Assembly: GCA_964658305.1 (NCBI GenBank)
Contig: OZ210884.1
Coordinates: forward strand, 2,480,001 to 2,544,000
Direction: 5' to 3'
Source: Leptogorgia sarmentosa
Lineage: Eukaryota
DNA length: 64,000 bases
How positions within the stretch are numbered: the stretch's first letter is position 1; each line of letters opens with the position of its first letter. Position numbers and translations under genes: made by a program. The notes under the pieces were generated by a model that was not told the DNA's origin, made no database searches, and saw only the letters and a list, made by a program, of their open reading frames with translations. Shown here piece after piece: positions 42,261 to 54,837 of this stretch.

Positions 42261-42468
42261 TGAAACAACGGGCTACCCATCATCATGCCCTTGCTCGTAT
42301 TTTTATCACAGGTTTACGAAATTTTCGCTGCACATTGCTCTTGGCATGGTGAATACGCATGGTAAATTTGGTGGCGACACCATTCAAAATGGAAGCCACA
42401 GAAGCAATCAAGTCCCTTCACCTGGTATGGTATATTTGCTATTGCTATTGCTCCTGTTGAGATTCCTT
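42261..42468 (+). repeat. Representative consensus-type 208-bp monomer
   Basis: Carries the majority base at each position I compared. Hand count gives 90/208 G+C and 6 CpG. Internal short repeats: (CAT)3, GCATGGT(G/A)AA x2, GGTAT x2, (TATTGC)2. Confidence 0.9.
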
Positions 42469-42675
42469 TGAAACAACGGGCTACCCATCATCATGCCCTT
42501 GCTCGTATTTTTATCACAGGTTTACGAAATTTTCGCTGCACATTGCTCTTGGCATGGTGAATACGCATGGTAAATTTGGTGGCGACACCATTCAGAATGG
42601 AAGCCACAGAAGCAATGAAGTCCCTTCACCTGGTATGGTATATTTGCTATTGCTATTGCTCCTGTTGAGATTCCT

Positions 42676-45150
42676 TTGAAACAACGGGCTACCCATCATC
42701 ATGCCCTTGCTCGTATTTTTATCACAGGTTTACGAAATTTTCGCTGCACATTGCTCTTGGCGATGGTGAATACGCATGGTAAATTTGGTGGCGACACCAT
42801 TCAAAATGGAAGCAACAGAAGGAATCAAGTCCCTTCACCTGGTATGGTATATTTGCTATTGCTATTGCTCCTGTTAAGATTCCTTTGAAACAACGGGCTA
42901 CCCATCATGATGCCCTTGCTCGTATTTTTATCACAGGTTTACGAAATTTCGCTGCACATTGCTCTTGGCGATGGTGAATACGCATGGTATATTTGGTGGC
43001 GACACGATTCAAAATGGAAGCCACAGAAGCAATCAAGTCCCTTCACCTGGTATGGTATATTTGCTATTGCTATTGCTCCTGTTGAGATTCCTTTGAAACA
43101 ACGGGCTACCCATCATCATGCCCTTGCTCGTATTTTTATCACAGGTTTACGAAATTTTCGCTGCGCATTGCTCTTGGAATGGTGAATACGCATGGTAAAT
43201 TTGGTGGCGACACCATTCAAAATGGAAGCCACAGAATCAATCAAGTCCCTTCACCTGGTATGGTATATTTGATATTGCTCCTGTTGAGATTCCTTTGAAA
43301 CAACGGGCTACCCATCATCATGCCCTTGCTCGCATTTTTATCACAGGTTTACGAAATTTTCGCTGCACATTGCTCTTGGCATGGTGAATACGCATGGTAA
43401 ATTTGGTGGCGACACCATTCAAAATGGAAGCCACACAAGCAATCAAGTCCCTTCACCTGGTATGGTATATTTGCTATTGCTATTGCTCCTGTTGAGATTC
43501 CTTTGAAACAACGGGCTACCCATCATCATGCCCTTGCTCGTATTTTTATCACAGGTTTACGAAATTTTCGCTGCGCATTGCTCTTGGCATGGTGAATACG
43601 CATGGTAAATTTGGTGGCGACACCATTCAAAATGGAAGCCACAGAAGCAATCAAGTCCCTTCACCTGGTATGGTATATTTGATATTGCTCCTGTTGAGAT
43701 TCCTTTGAAACAACGGGCTACCCATCATCATGCCCTTGCTCGTATTTTTATCACAGGTTTACGAAATTTTCGCTGCACATTGCTCTTGAATATCGTGAAT
43801 ACGCATGGTAAATTTGGTGGCGACACCATTCAGAATGGAAGCCACAGAAGCAATCAAGTCCCTTCACCTGGTATGGTATATTTGCTCTTGCTATTGCTCC
43901 TGTTGAGATTCCTTTGAAACAACGGGCTACCCATCATCATGCCCTTGCTCGTATTTTTATCACAGGTTTACGAAATTTTCGCTGCACATTGCTCTTGGCG
44001 ATGGTGAATACGCATGGTAAATTTGGTGGCGACACCATTCAAAATGGAAGCCACAGAAGGAATCAAGTCCCTTCACCTGGTATGGTATATTTGCTATTGC
44101 TATTGCTCCTGTTAAGATTCCTTTGAAACAACGGGCTACCCATCATGATGCCCTTGCTCGTATTTTTATCACAGGTTTACGAAATTTCGCTGCACATTGC
44201 TCTTGGCGATGGTGAATACGCATGGTATATTTGGTGGCGACACGATTCAAAATGGAAGCCACAGAAGCAATCAAGTCCCTTCACCTGGTATGGTATATTT
44301 GCTATTGCTATTGCTCCTGTTGAGATTCCTTTGAAACAACGGGCTACCCATCATCATGCCCTTGGTCGTATTTTATCACAGGTTTACGAAATTTTCGCTG
44401 CGCATTGCTCTTGGAATGGTGAATACGCATGGTAAATTTGGTGGCGACACCATTCAAAATGGAAGCCACAGAATCAATCAAGTCCCTTCACCTGGTATGG
44501 TATATTTGATATTGCTCCTGTTGAGATTCCTTTGAAACAACGGGCAACCCATCATCATGCCCTTGCTCGTATTTTTATCACAGGTTTACGAAATTTTCGC
44601 TGCTCATTGCTCTTGGCATGGTGAATACGCATGGTAAATTTGGTGGCGACACCATTCAAAATGGAAGCCACAGAAGCAATCAAGTCTCTTCACCTGGTAT
44701 GGTATATTTGCTATTGCTATTGCTCCTGTTGAGATTCCTTTGAAACAACGGGCTACCCATCATCATGCCCTTGCTCGTATTTTTATCACAGGTTTACGAA
44801 ATTTTCGCTGCACATTGCTCTTGGCATGGTGAATACGCATGGTAAATTTGGTGGCGACACCATTCAAAATGGAAACCACAGAAGCAATCAAGTCCCTTCA
44901 CCTGGTATGGTATATTTGCTATTGCTCCTGTTGAGATTCCTTTGAAACAACGGGCTACCCGTCATCATGCCCTTGCTCGTATTTTTATCACAGGTTTACG
45001 AAATTTTCGCTGCAAATTGCTCTTGAATATCGTGAATACGCATGGTAAATTTGGTGGCGACACCATTCAAAATGGAAGCCACAGAAGCAATCAAGTCCCT
45101 TCACCTGGTATGGTATATTTGCTATTGCTATTGCTCCTGTTGAGATTCCT
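42676..45150. repeat. 6-mer HOR, ~1238 bp x2 (diverged)
   Basis: ORF pairs 42676/43914 and 42907/44145 (+1238). Markers AAGGAATC, GTTAAGAT, CATGATG, CACGATT, AGAATCAATC. Confidence 0.85.
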
Positions 45151-48039
45151 TTGAAACATCGGGCTACCCATCATCACGCCCTTGCCCGTATTTTTATCAC
45201 AGGTTTACGAAATTTTCGCTGCACATTGCTCTTGGCATGGTGAATACGCATGGTAAATTTGGTGGCGACACCATTCAAAATGGAAGCCACAGAAGCAATC
45301 AAGTCCCTTCACCTGGTATGGTATATTTGCTATTGCTCCTGTTGAGATTCCTTTGAAACAACGGGCTACCCATCATCATGCCCTTGCTCGTATTTTTATC
45401 ACACGTTTACGAAATTTTCGCTGCACATTGCTCTTGGCATGGTGAATACGCATGGTAAATTTGGTGGCGACACCATTCAAAATGGAAGCCACAGAAGGAA
45501 ACAAGTCCCTTCACCTGGTATGGTATATTTGCTATTGCTATTGCTCCTGTTGAGATTCCTTTGAAACAACGGGCTACCCATCATCATGCCCTTGCTCGTA
45601 TTTTTATCACAGGTTTACGAAATTTTCGCTGCGCATTGCTCTTGGCATGGTGAATAGGCATGGTAAATTTAGTGGCGACACCATTCAAAATGGAAGCCAC
45701 AGAAGCAATCAAGTCCCTTCACCTGGTATGGTATATTTGATATTGCTCCTGTTGAGATTCCTTTGAAACAACGGGCTACCCATCATCATGCCCTTGCTCG
45801 TATTTTTATCACAGGTTTACGAAATTTTCGCTGCACATTGCTCTTGAATATCGTGAATACGCATGGTAAATTTGGTGGCGACACCATTCAAAATGGAAGC
45901 CACAGAAGCAATCAAGTCCCTTCACCTGGTATGGTATATTTGCTATTGCTATTGCTCCTGTTGAGATTCCTTTGAAACAACGGGCTACCCATCATCACGC
46001 CCTTGCTCGTATTTTTATCACACGTTTACGAAATTTTCGCTGCACATTGCTCTTGGCATGGTGAATACGCATGGTAAATTTGGTGGCGACACCATTCAAA
46101 ATGGAAGCCACAGAAGCAATCAAGTCCCTTCACCTGGTATGGTATATTTGCTATTGCTATTGCTCCTGTTGAGATTCCTTTGAAACAACGGGCTACCCAT
46201 CATCACGCCCTTGCTCGTATTTTTATCACAGGTTTACGAAATTTTCGCTGCGCATTGCTCTTGGCATGGTGAATACGCATGGTAAATTTGGTGGCGACAC
46301 CATTCAAAATGGAAGCCACAGAAGCAATCAAGTCCCTTCACCTGGTATGGTATATTTGATATTGCTCCTGTTGAGATTCCTTTGAAACAACGGGCTACCC
46401 ATCATCATGCCCTTGCTCGCATTTTTATCACAGGTTTACGAAATTTTCGCTGCACATTGCTCTTGGCATGGTGAATACGCATGGTAAATTTGGTGGCGAC
46501 ACCATTCAAAATGAAAGCCACACAAGCAATCAAGTCCCTTCACCTGGTATGGTATATTTGCTATTGCTATTGCTCCTGTTGAGATTCCTTTGAAACAACG
46601 GGCTACCCATCATCATGCCCTTGCTCGTATTTTTATCACAGGTTTACGAAATTTTCGCTGCGCATTGCTCTTGGCATGGTGAATACGCATGGTAAATTTG
46701 GTGGCGACAGCATTCAAAATGGAAGCCACACAAGCAATCAAGTCCCTTCACCTGGTATGGTATATTTGATATTGCTCCTGTTGAGATTCCTTTGAAACAA
46801 CGGGCTACCCATCATCATGCCCTTGCTCGCATTTTTATCACAGGTTTACGAAATTTTCGGTGCACATTGCTCTTGGCATGGTGAATAGGCATGGTAAATT
46901 TGGTGGCGACAGCATTCAAAATGGAAGCCACGGAAGCAATCAAGTCCCTTCACCTGGTATGGTATATTTGCTATTGCTATTGCTCCTGTTGAGATTCCTT
47001 TGAAACAACGGGCTACCCATCATCATGCCCTTGCTCGTATTTTTATCACAGGTTTACGAAATTTTCGCTGCTCATTGCTCTTGGCATGGTGAATACGCAT
47101 GGTAAATTTGGTGGCGACACCATTCAAAATGGAAGCCACAGAAGCAATCAAGTCCCTTCACCTGGTATGGTGTATTTGCTATTGCTATTGCTCCTGTTGA
47201 GATTCCTTTGAAACAACGGGCTATCAATCATCATGCCCTTGCTCGTATTTTTATCACAGGTTTACGAAATTTTCGCTGCACATTGCTCTTGGCATGGTGA
47301 ATACGCATGGTAAATTTGGTGGCGACACCATTCAAAATGGAAGCCACAGAAGCAATCAAGTCCCTTCACCTGGTATGGTATATTTGCTATTGCTCCTGTT
47401 GAGATTCCTTTGAAACAACGGGCTACCCATCATCATGCCCTTGCTCGTATTTTTATCACAGGTTTACGAAATTTTCGCTGCACATTGCTCTTGAATATCG
47501 TGAATACGCATGGTAAATTTGGTGGCGACACCATTCAAAATGGAAGACACAGAAGCAATCAAGTCCCTTCACCTGGTATGGTATATTTGCGATTGCTATT
47601 GCTCCTGTTGAGATTCCTTTGAAACAACGGGCTACCCATCATCATGCCCTTGCTCATATTTTTATCACAGGTTTTCAAAATTTTCGCTGCACATTGCTCT
47701 TGGCATGGTGAATACGCATGGTAAATTTGGTGGCGACACCATTCAAAATGGAAGCCACAGAAGCAATCAAGTCCCTTCACCTGGTATGGTATATTTGCTA
47801 TTGCTCCTGTTGAGATTCCTTTGAAACAACGGGCTACCCATCATCATGCCCTTGCTCGTATTTTTATCACAGGTTTACGAAATTTTCGCTGCACATTGCT
47901 CTTGGCATGCTGAATACGCATGGTAAATTTGGTGGCGACACCATTCAAAATGGAAGCCACAGGAGCAATCAAGTCCCTTCACCTGGTATGGTATATTTGC
48001 TATTGCTATTGCTCCTGTTGAGATTCCTTTGAAACAACG

Positions 48040-51000
48040 GGCTACCCATCATCATGCCATTGCTCGTATTTGTATCACAGGTTTACGAAATTTTCGCTGC
48101 ACATTGCTCTTGGCATGGTGAATACGCATGGTAAATTTGGTGGCGACACCATTCAAAATGGAAGCCACACAAGCAATCAAGTCCCTTCACCTGGTATAGT
48201 ATATTTGCTATTGCTATTGCTCCTGTTGAGATTCCTTTGAAACAACGGGCTACCCATCATCATGCCCTTGCTCGTATTTTTATCACAGGTTTACCAAATT
48301 TTCGCTGCGCATTGCTCTTGGCATGCTGAATATGCATGGTAAATTTGGTGGCGACACCATTCAAAATGGAAGCCACAGAAGCAATCAACTCCCTTCACCT
48401 GGTATGGTATATTTGCTATTGCTATTGCTCCTGTTGAGATTCCTTTGAAACAACGGGCTACCCATCATCATGCCCTTGCTCGTATTTTTATCACAGGTTT
48501 ACGAAATTTTCGCTGCACATTGCTCTTGGCATGGTGAATTGGCATGGTAAATTTGGTGGCGACACCATTCAAAATGGAAGCCACGGAAGCAATCAAGTCC
48601 CTTCACCTGGTATGGTATATTTGCTATTGCTATTGCTCCTGTTGAGATTCCTTTGGAACAACGGGCTACCCATCATCATGCCCTTGCTCGTATTTTTATC
48701 ACAGGTTTACGAAATTTTCGCTGCTCATTGCTCTTGGCATGGTGAATACGCATGGTAAATTTGGTGGCGACACCATTCAAAATGGAAGCCACAGAAGCAA
48801 TCAAGTCCCTTCACCTGGTATGGTATATTTGCTATTGCTATTGCTCCTGTTGAGATTCCTTTGAAACAACGGGCTATCCATCATCATGCCCTTGCTCGTA
48901 TTTTTATCACAGGTTTACGAAATTTTCGCTGCACATTGCTCTTGGCATGGTGAATACGCATGGTAAATTTGGTGGCGACACCATTCAAAATGGAAGCCAC
49001 AGAAGCAATCAAGTCCCTTCACCTGGTATGGTATATTTGCTATTGCTCCTGTTGAGATTCCTTTGAAACAACGGGCTACCCATGATCATGCCCTTGCTCG
49101 TATTTTTATCACAGGTTTACGAAATTTTCGCTGCACATTGCTCTTGAATATCGTGAATACGCATGGTAAATTTGGTGGCGACACCATTCAAAATGGAAGC
49201 CCCAGAAGCAATCAAGTCCCTTCACCTGGTATGGTATATTTGCGATTGCTATTGCTCCTGTTGAGATTCCTTTGAAACAACGGGCTACCCATCATCATGC
49301 CCTTGCTCATATTTTTATCACAGGTTTTCAAAATTTTCGCTCCACATTGCTCTTGGCATGGTGAATACGCATGGTAAATTTGGTGGCGACACCATTCAAA
49401 ATGGAAGCCACAGAAGCAATCAAGTCCCTTCACCTGGTATGGTATATTTGCTATTGCTATTGCTCCTGTTGAGATTCCTTTGAAACAACGGGCTACCCAT
49501 CATCATGCCCTTGCTCGTATTTTTATCACAGGTTTACGAAATTTTCGCTGCACATTGCTCTTGGCATGGTAAATACGCATGGTAAATTTGGTGGCGACAC
49601 CATTCAAAATGGAAGCCACAGAAGCAATCAAGTCCCTTCACCTGGTATGGTATATATGCTATTGCTCCTGTTGAGATTCCTTTGAAACAACGGGCTACCC
49701 ATCATCATGCCCTTGCTCGTATTTTTATCACAGGTTTACGAAATTTTCGCTGCACATTGCTCTTGGCATGGTGAATACGCATGGTAAATTTGGTGGCGAC
49801 ACCATTCAAAATGGAAGCCACAGAAGCAATCAAGTCCCTTCACCTGGTATGGTATATTTGCTATTGCTATTGCTCCTGTTGAGATTCCTTTGAAACAACG
49901 GGCTACCCATCATCATGCCCTTGCTCGTATTTTTATCACAGGTTTACGAAATTTTCGCTGCTCATTGCTCTTGGCATGGTGAATACGCATGGTAAATTTG
50001 GTGGCGACACCATTCAAAATGGAAGCCACAGAAGCAATCAAGTCCCTTCACCTGGTATGGTATATTTGCTATTGCTATTGCTCCTGTTGAGATTCCTTTG
50101 AAACAACGGGCTATCCATCATCATGCCCTTGCTCGTATTTTTATCACAGGTTTACGAAATTTTCGCTGCACATTGCTCTTGGCATGGTGAATACGCATGG
50201 TAAATTTGGTGGCGACACCATTCGAAATGGAAGCCACAGAAGCAATCAAGTCCCTTCACCTGGTATGGTATATTTGCTATTGCTCCTGTTGAGATTCCTT
50301 TGAAACAACGGGCTACCCATGATCATGCCCTTGCTCGTATTTTTATCACAGGTTTACGAAATTTTCGCTGCACATTGCTCTTGAATATCGTGAATACGCA
50401 TGGTAAATTTGGTGGCGACACCATTCAAAATGGAAGCCCCAGAAGCAATCAAGTCCCTTCACCTGGTATGGTATATTTGCGATTGCTATTGCTCCTGTTG
50501 AGATTCCTTTGAAACAACGGGCTACCCATCATCATGCCCTTGCTCATATTTTTATCACAGGTTTTCAAAATTTTCGCTCCACATTGCTCTTGGCATGGTG
50601 AATACGCATGGTAAATTTGGTGGCGACACCATTCAAAATGGAAGCCACAGAAGCAATCAAGTCCCTTCACCTGGTATGGTATATTTGCTATTGCTATTGC
50701 TCCTGTTGAGATTCCTTTGAAACAACGGGCTACCCATCATCATGCCCTTGCTCGTATTTTTATCACAGGTTTACGAAATTTTCGCTGCACATTGCTCTTG
50801 GCATGGTAAATACGCATGGTAAATTTGGTGGCGACACCATTCAAAATGGAAGCCACAGAAGCAATCAAGTCCCTTCACCTGGTATGGTATATATGCTATT
50901 GCTATTGCTCCTGTTGAGATTCCTTTGAAACAACGGGCTACCCATCATCATGCCATTGCTCGTATTTGTATCACAGGTTTACGAAATTTTCGCTGCACAT

Positions 51001-53830
51001 TGCTCTTGGCATGGTGAATACGCATGGTAAATTTGGTGGCGACACCATTCAAAATGGAAGCCACACAAGCAATCAAGTCCCTTCACCTGGTATAGTATAT
51101 TTGCTATTGCTATTGCTCCTGTTGAGATTCCTTTGAAACAACGGGCTACCCATCATCATGCCCTTGCTCGTATTTTTATCACAGGTTTACCAAATTTTCG
51201 CTGCGCATTGCTCTTGGCATGCTGAATATGCATGGTAAATTTGGTGGCGACACCATTCAAAATGGAAGCCACAGAAGCAATCAACTCCCTTCACCTGGTA
51301 TGGTATATTTGCTATTGCTATTGCTCCTGTTGAGATTCCTTTGAAACAACGGGCTACCCATCATCATGCCCTTGCTCGTATTTTTATCACAGGTTTACGA
51401 AATTTTCGCTGCACATTGCTCTTGGCATGGTGAATTGGCATGGTAAATTTGGTGGCGACACCATTCAAAATGGAAGCCACGGAAGCAATCAAGTCCCTTC
51501 ACCTGGTATGGTATATTTGCTATTGCTATTGCTCCTGTTGAGATTCCTTTGGAACAACGGGCTACCCATCATCATGCCCTTGCTCGTATTTTTATCACAG
51601 GTTTACGAAATTTTCGCTGCTCATTGCTCTTGGCATGGTGAATACGCATGGTAAATTTGGTGGCGACACCATTCAAAATGGAAGCCACAGAAGCAATCAA
51701 GTCCCTTCACCTGGTATGGTATATTTGCTATTGCTATTGCTCCTGTTGAGATTCCTTTGAAACAACGGGCTATCCATCATCATGCCCTTGCTCGTATTTT
51801 TATCACAGGTTTACGAAATTTTCGCTGCACATTGCTCTTGGCATGGTGAATACGCATGGTAAATTTGGTGGCGACACCATTCAAAATGGAAGCCACAGAA
51901 GCAATCAAGTCCCTTCACCTGGTATGGTATATTTGCTATTGCTCCTGTTGAGATTCCTTTGAAACAACGGGCTACCCATGATCATGCCCTTGCTCGTATT
52001 TTTATCACAGGTTTACGAAATTTTCGCTGCACATTGCTCTTGAATATCGTGAATACGCATGGTAAATTTGGTGGCGACACCATTCAAAATGGAAGCCCCA
52101 GAAGCAATCAAGTCCCTTCACCTGGTATGGTATATTTGCGATTGCTATTGCTCCTGTTGAGATTCCTTTGAAACAACGGGCTACCCATCATCATGCCCTT
52201 GCTCATATTTTTATCACAGGTTTTCAAAATTTTCGCTCCACATTGCTCTTGGCATGGTGAATACGCATGGTAAATTTGGTGGCGACACCATTCAAAATGG
52301 AAGCCACAGAAGCAATCAAGTCCCTTCACCTGGTATGGTATATTTGCTATTGCTATTGCTCCTGTTGAGATTCCTTTGAAACAACGGGCTACCCATCATC
52401 ATGCCCTTGCTCGTATTTTTATCACAGGTTTACGAAATTTTCGCTGCACATTGCTCTTGGCATGGTAAATACGCATGGTAAATTTGGTGGCGACACCATT
52501 CAAAATGGAAGCCACAGAAGCAATCAAGTCCCTTCACCTGGTATGGTATATATGCTATTGCTCCTGTTGAGATTCCTTTGAAACAACGGGCTACCCATCA
52601 TCATGCCCTTGCTCGTATTTTTATCACAGGTTTACGAAATTTTCGCTGCACATTGCTCTTGGCATGGTGAATACGCATGGTAAATTTGGTGGCGACACCA
52701 TTCAAAATGGAAGCCACAGAAGCAATCAAGTCCCTTCACCTGGTATGGTATATTTGCTATTGCTATTGCTCCTGTTGAGATTCCTTTGAAACAACGGGCT
52801 ACCCATCATCATGCCCTTGCTCGTATTTTTATCACAGGTTTACGAAATTTTCGCTGCTCATTGCTCTTGGCATGGTGAATACGCATGGTAAATTTGGTGG
52901 CGACACCATTCAAAATGGAAGCCACAGAAGCAATCAAGTCCCTTCACCTGGTATGGTATATTTGCTATTGCTATTGCTCCTGTTGAGATTCCTTTGAAAC
53001 AACGGGCTATCCATCATCATGCCCTTGCTCGTATTTTTATCACAGGTTTACGAAATTTTCGCTGCACATTGCTCTTGGCATGGTGAATACGCATGGTAAA
53101 TTTGGTGGCGACACCATTCAAAATGGAAGCCACAGAAGCAATCAAGTCCCTTCACCTGGTATGGTATATTTGCTATTGCTCCTGTTGAGATTCCTTTGAA
53201 ACAACGGGCTACCCATGATCATGCCCTTGCTCGTATTTTTATCACAGGTTTACGAAATTTTCGCTGCACATTGCTCTTGAATATCGTGAATACGCATGGT
53301 AAATTTGGTGGCGACACCATTCAAAATGGAAGCCCCAGAAGCAATCAAGTCCCTTCACCTGGTATGGTATATTTGCGATTGCTATTGCTCCTGTTGAGAT
53401 TCCTTTGAAACAACGGGCTACCCATCATCATGCCCTTGCTCATATTTTTATCACAGGTTTTCAAAATTTTCGCTCCACATTGCTCTTGGCATGGTGAATA
53501 CGCATGGTAAATTTGGTGGCGACACCATTCAAAATGGAAGCCACAGAAGCAATCAAGTCCCTTCACCTGGTATGGTATATTTGCTATTGCTATTGCTCCT
53601 GTTGAGATTCCTTTGAAACAACGGGCTACCCATCATCATGCCCTTGCTCGTATTTTTATCACAGGTTTACGAAATTTTCGCTGCACATTGCTCTTGGCAT
53701 GGTAAATACGCATGGTAAATTTGGTGGCGACACCATTCAAAATGGAAGCCACAGAAGCAATCAAGTCCCTTCACCTGGTATGGTATATATGCTATTGCTC
53801 CTGTTGAGATTCCTTTGAAACAACGGGCTA
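48040..53830. repeat. 14-mer HOR, 2896 bp x2, containing nested 1237-bp 6-mer duplication
   Basis: ATCATGCCAT at 48051/50947; ORF pairs 48531/51427 and 49063/51959 (+2896); 49063/50300 and 51959/53196 (+1237). Confidence 0.92.
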
Positions 53831-54837
53831 CCCATCATCATGCCCTTGCTCGTATTTTTATCACAGGTTTACGAAATTTTCGCTGCACATTGCTCTTGGC
53901 ATGGTGAATACGCATGGTAAATTTGGTGGCGACACCATTCAAAATGGAAGCCACAGAAGCAATCAAGTCCCTTCACCTGGTATGGTATATTTGCTATTGC
54001 TATTGCTCCTGTTGAGATTCCTTTGAAACAACGGGCTACCCATCATCATGCCCTTGCTCGTATTTTTATCACAGGTTTACGAAATTTTCGCTGCACATTG
54101 CTCTTGGCATGGTGAATACGCATGGTAAATTCGGTGGCGACACCATTCAAAATGGAAGCCACAGAAGCAATCAAGTCCCTTCACCTGGTATGGTATATTT
54201 GCTATTGCTCCTGTTGAGATTCCTTTGAAACAACGGGCTACCCATCATCATGCCCTTGCTCGTATTTTTACCACAGGTTTACCAAATTTTCGCTGGATAT
54301 TGCTCTTGGCATGGTGAATACGCATAGTAAATTTGGTGGCGACACCATTCAAAATGGAAGCCACAGAAGCAATCAAGTCCCTTCACCTGGTATGGTATAT
54401 TTGCTATTGCTCCTGTTGAGATTCCTTTGAAACAACGGGCTACCCATCATCATGCTCTTGCTCGTATTTTTATCACAGGTTTACGAAATTTTCGCTGCAC
54501 ATTGCTCTTGGCATGGCGAATACGCATGGTAAATTTGGTGGCGACACCATTCAAAATGGAAGCCACAGAAGCAATCAAGTCCCTTCACCTGGTATGGTAT
54601 ATTTGCTATTGCTATTGCTCCTGTTGAGATTCCTTTGAAACAACGGGCTACCCATCATCATGCCCTTGCTCGTATTTTTATCACAGGTTTACGAAATTTT
54701 CGCTGCACATTGCTCTTGGCATGGTGAATACGCATGGTAAATTTGGTGGTGACAACATTCAAAATGGAAGCCACAGGAGCAATCAAATCCCTTCACCTGG
54801 TATGGTATATTCGCTATTGGTCCTGTTGAGATTCCTT

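Noticed and set aside
42261..42468. Tandem 5S rRNA, tRNA, snRNA or spliced-leader gene unit
   Set aside because: I see no recognisable 5S or snRNA sequence, cloverleaf or GTTCRA B-box. Variants are scattered over the whole unit, without a conserved gene plus variable spacer. An Rfam/Infernal scan would be the formal test.
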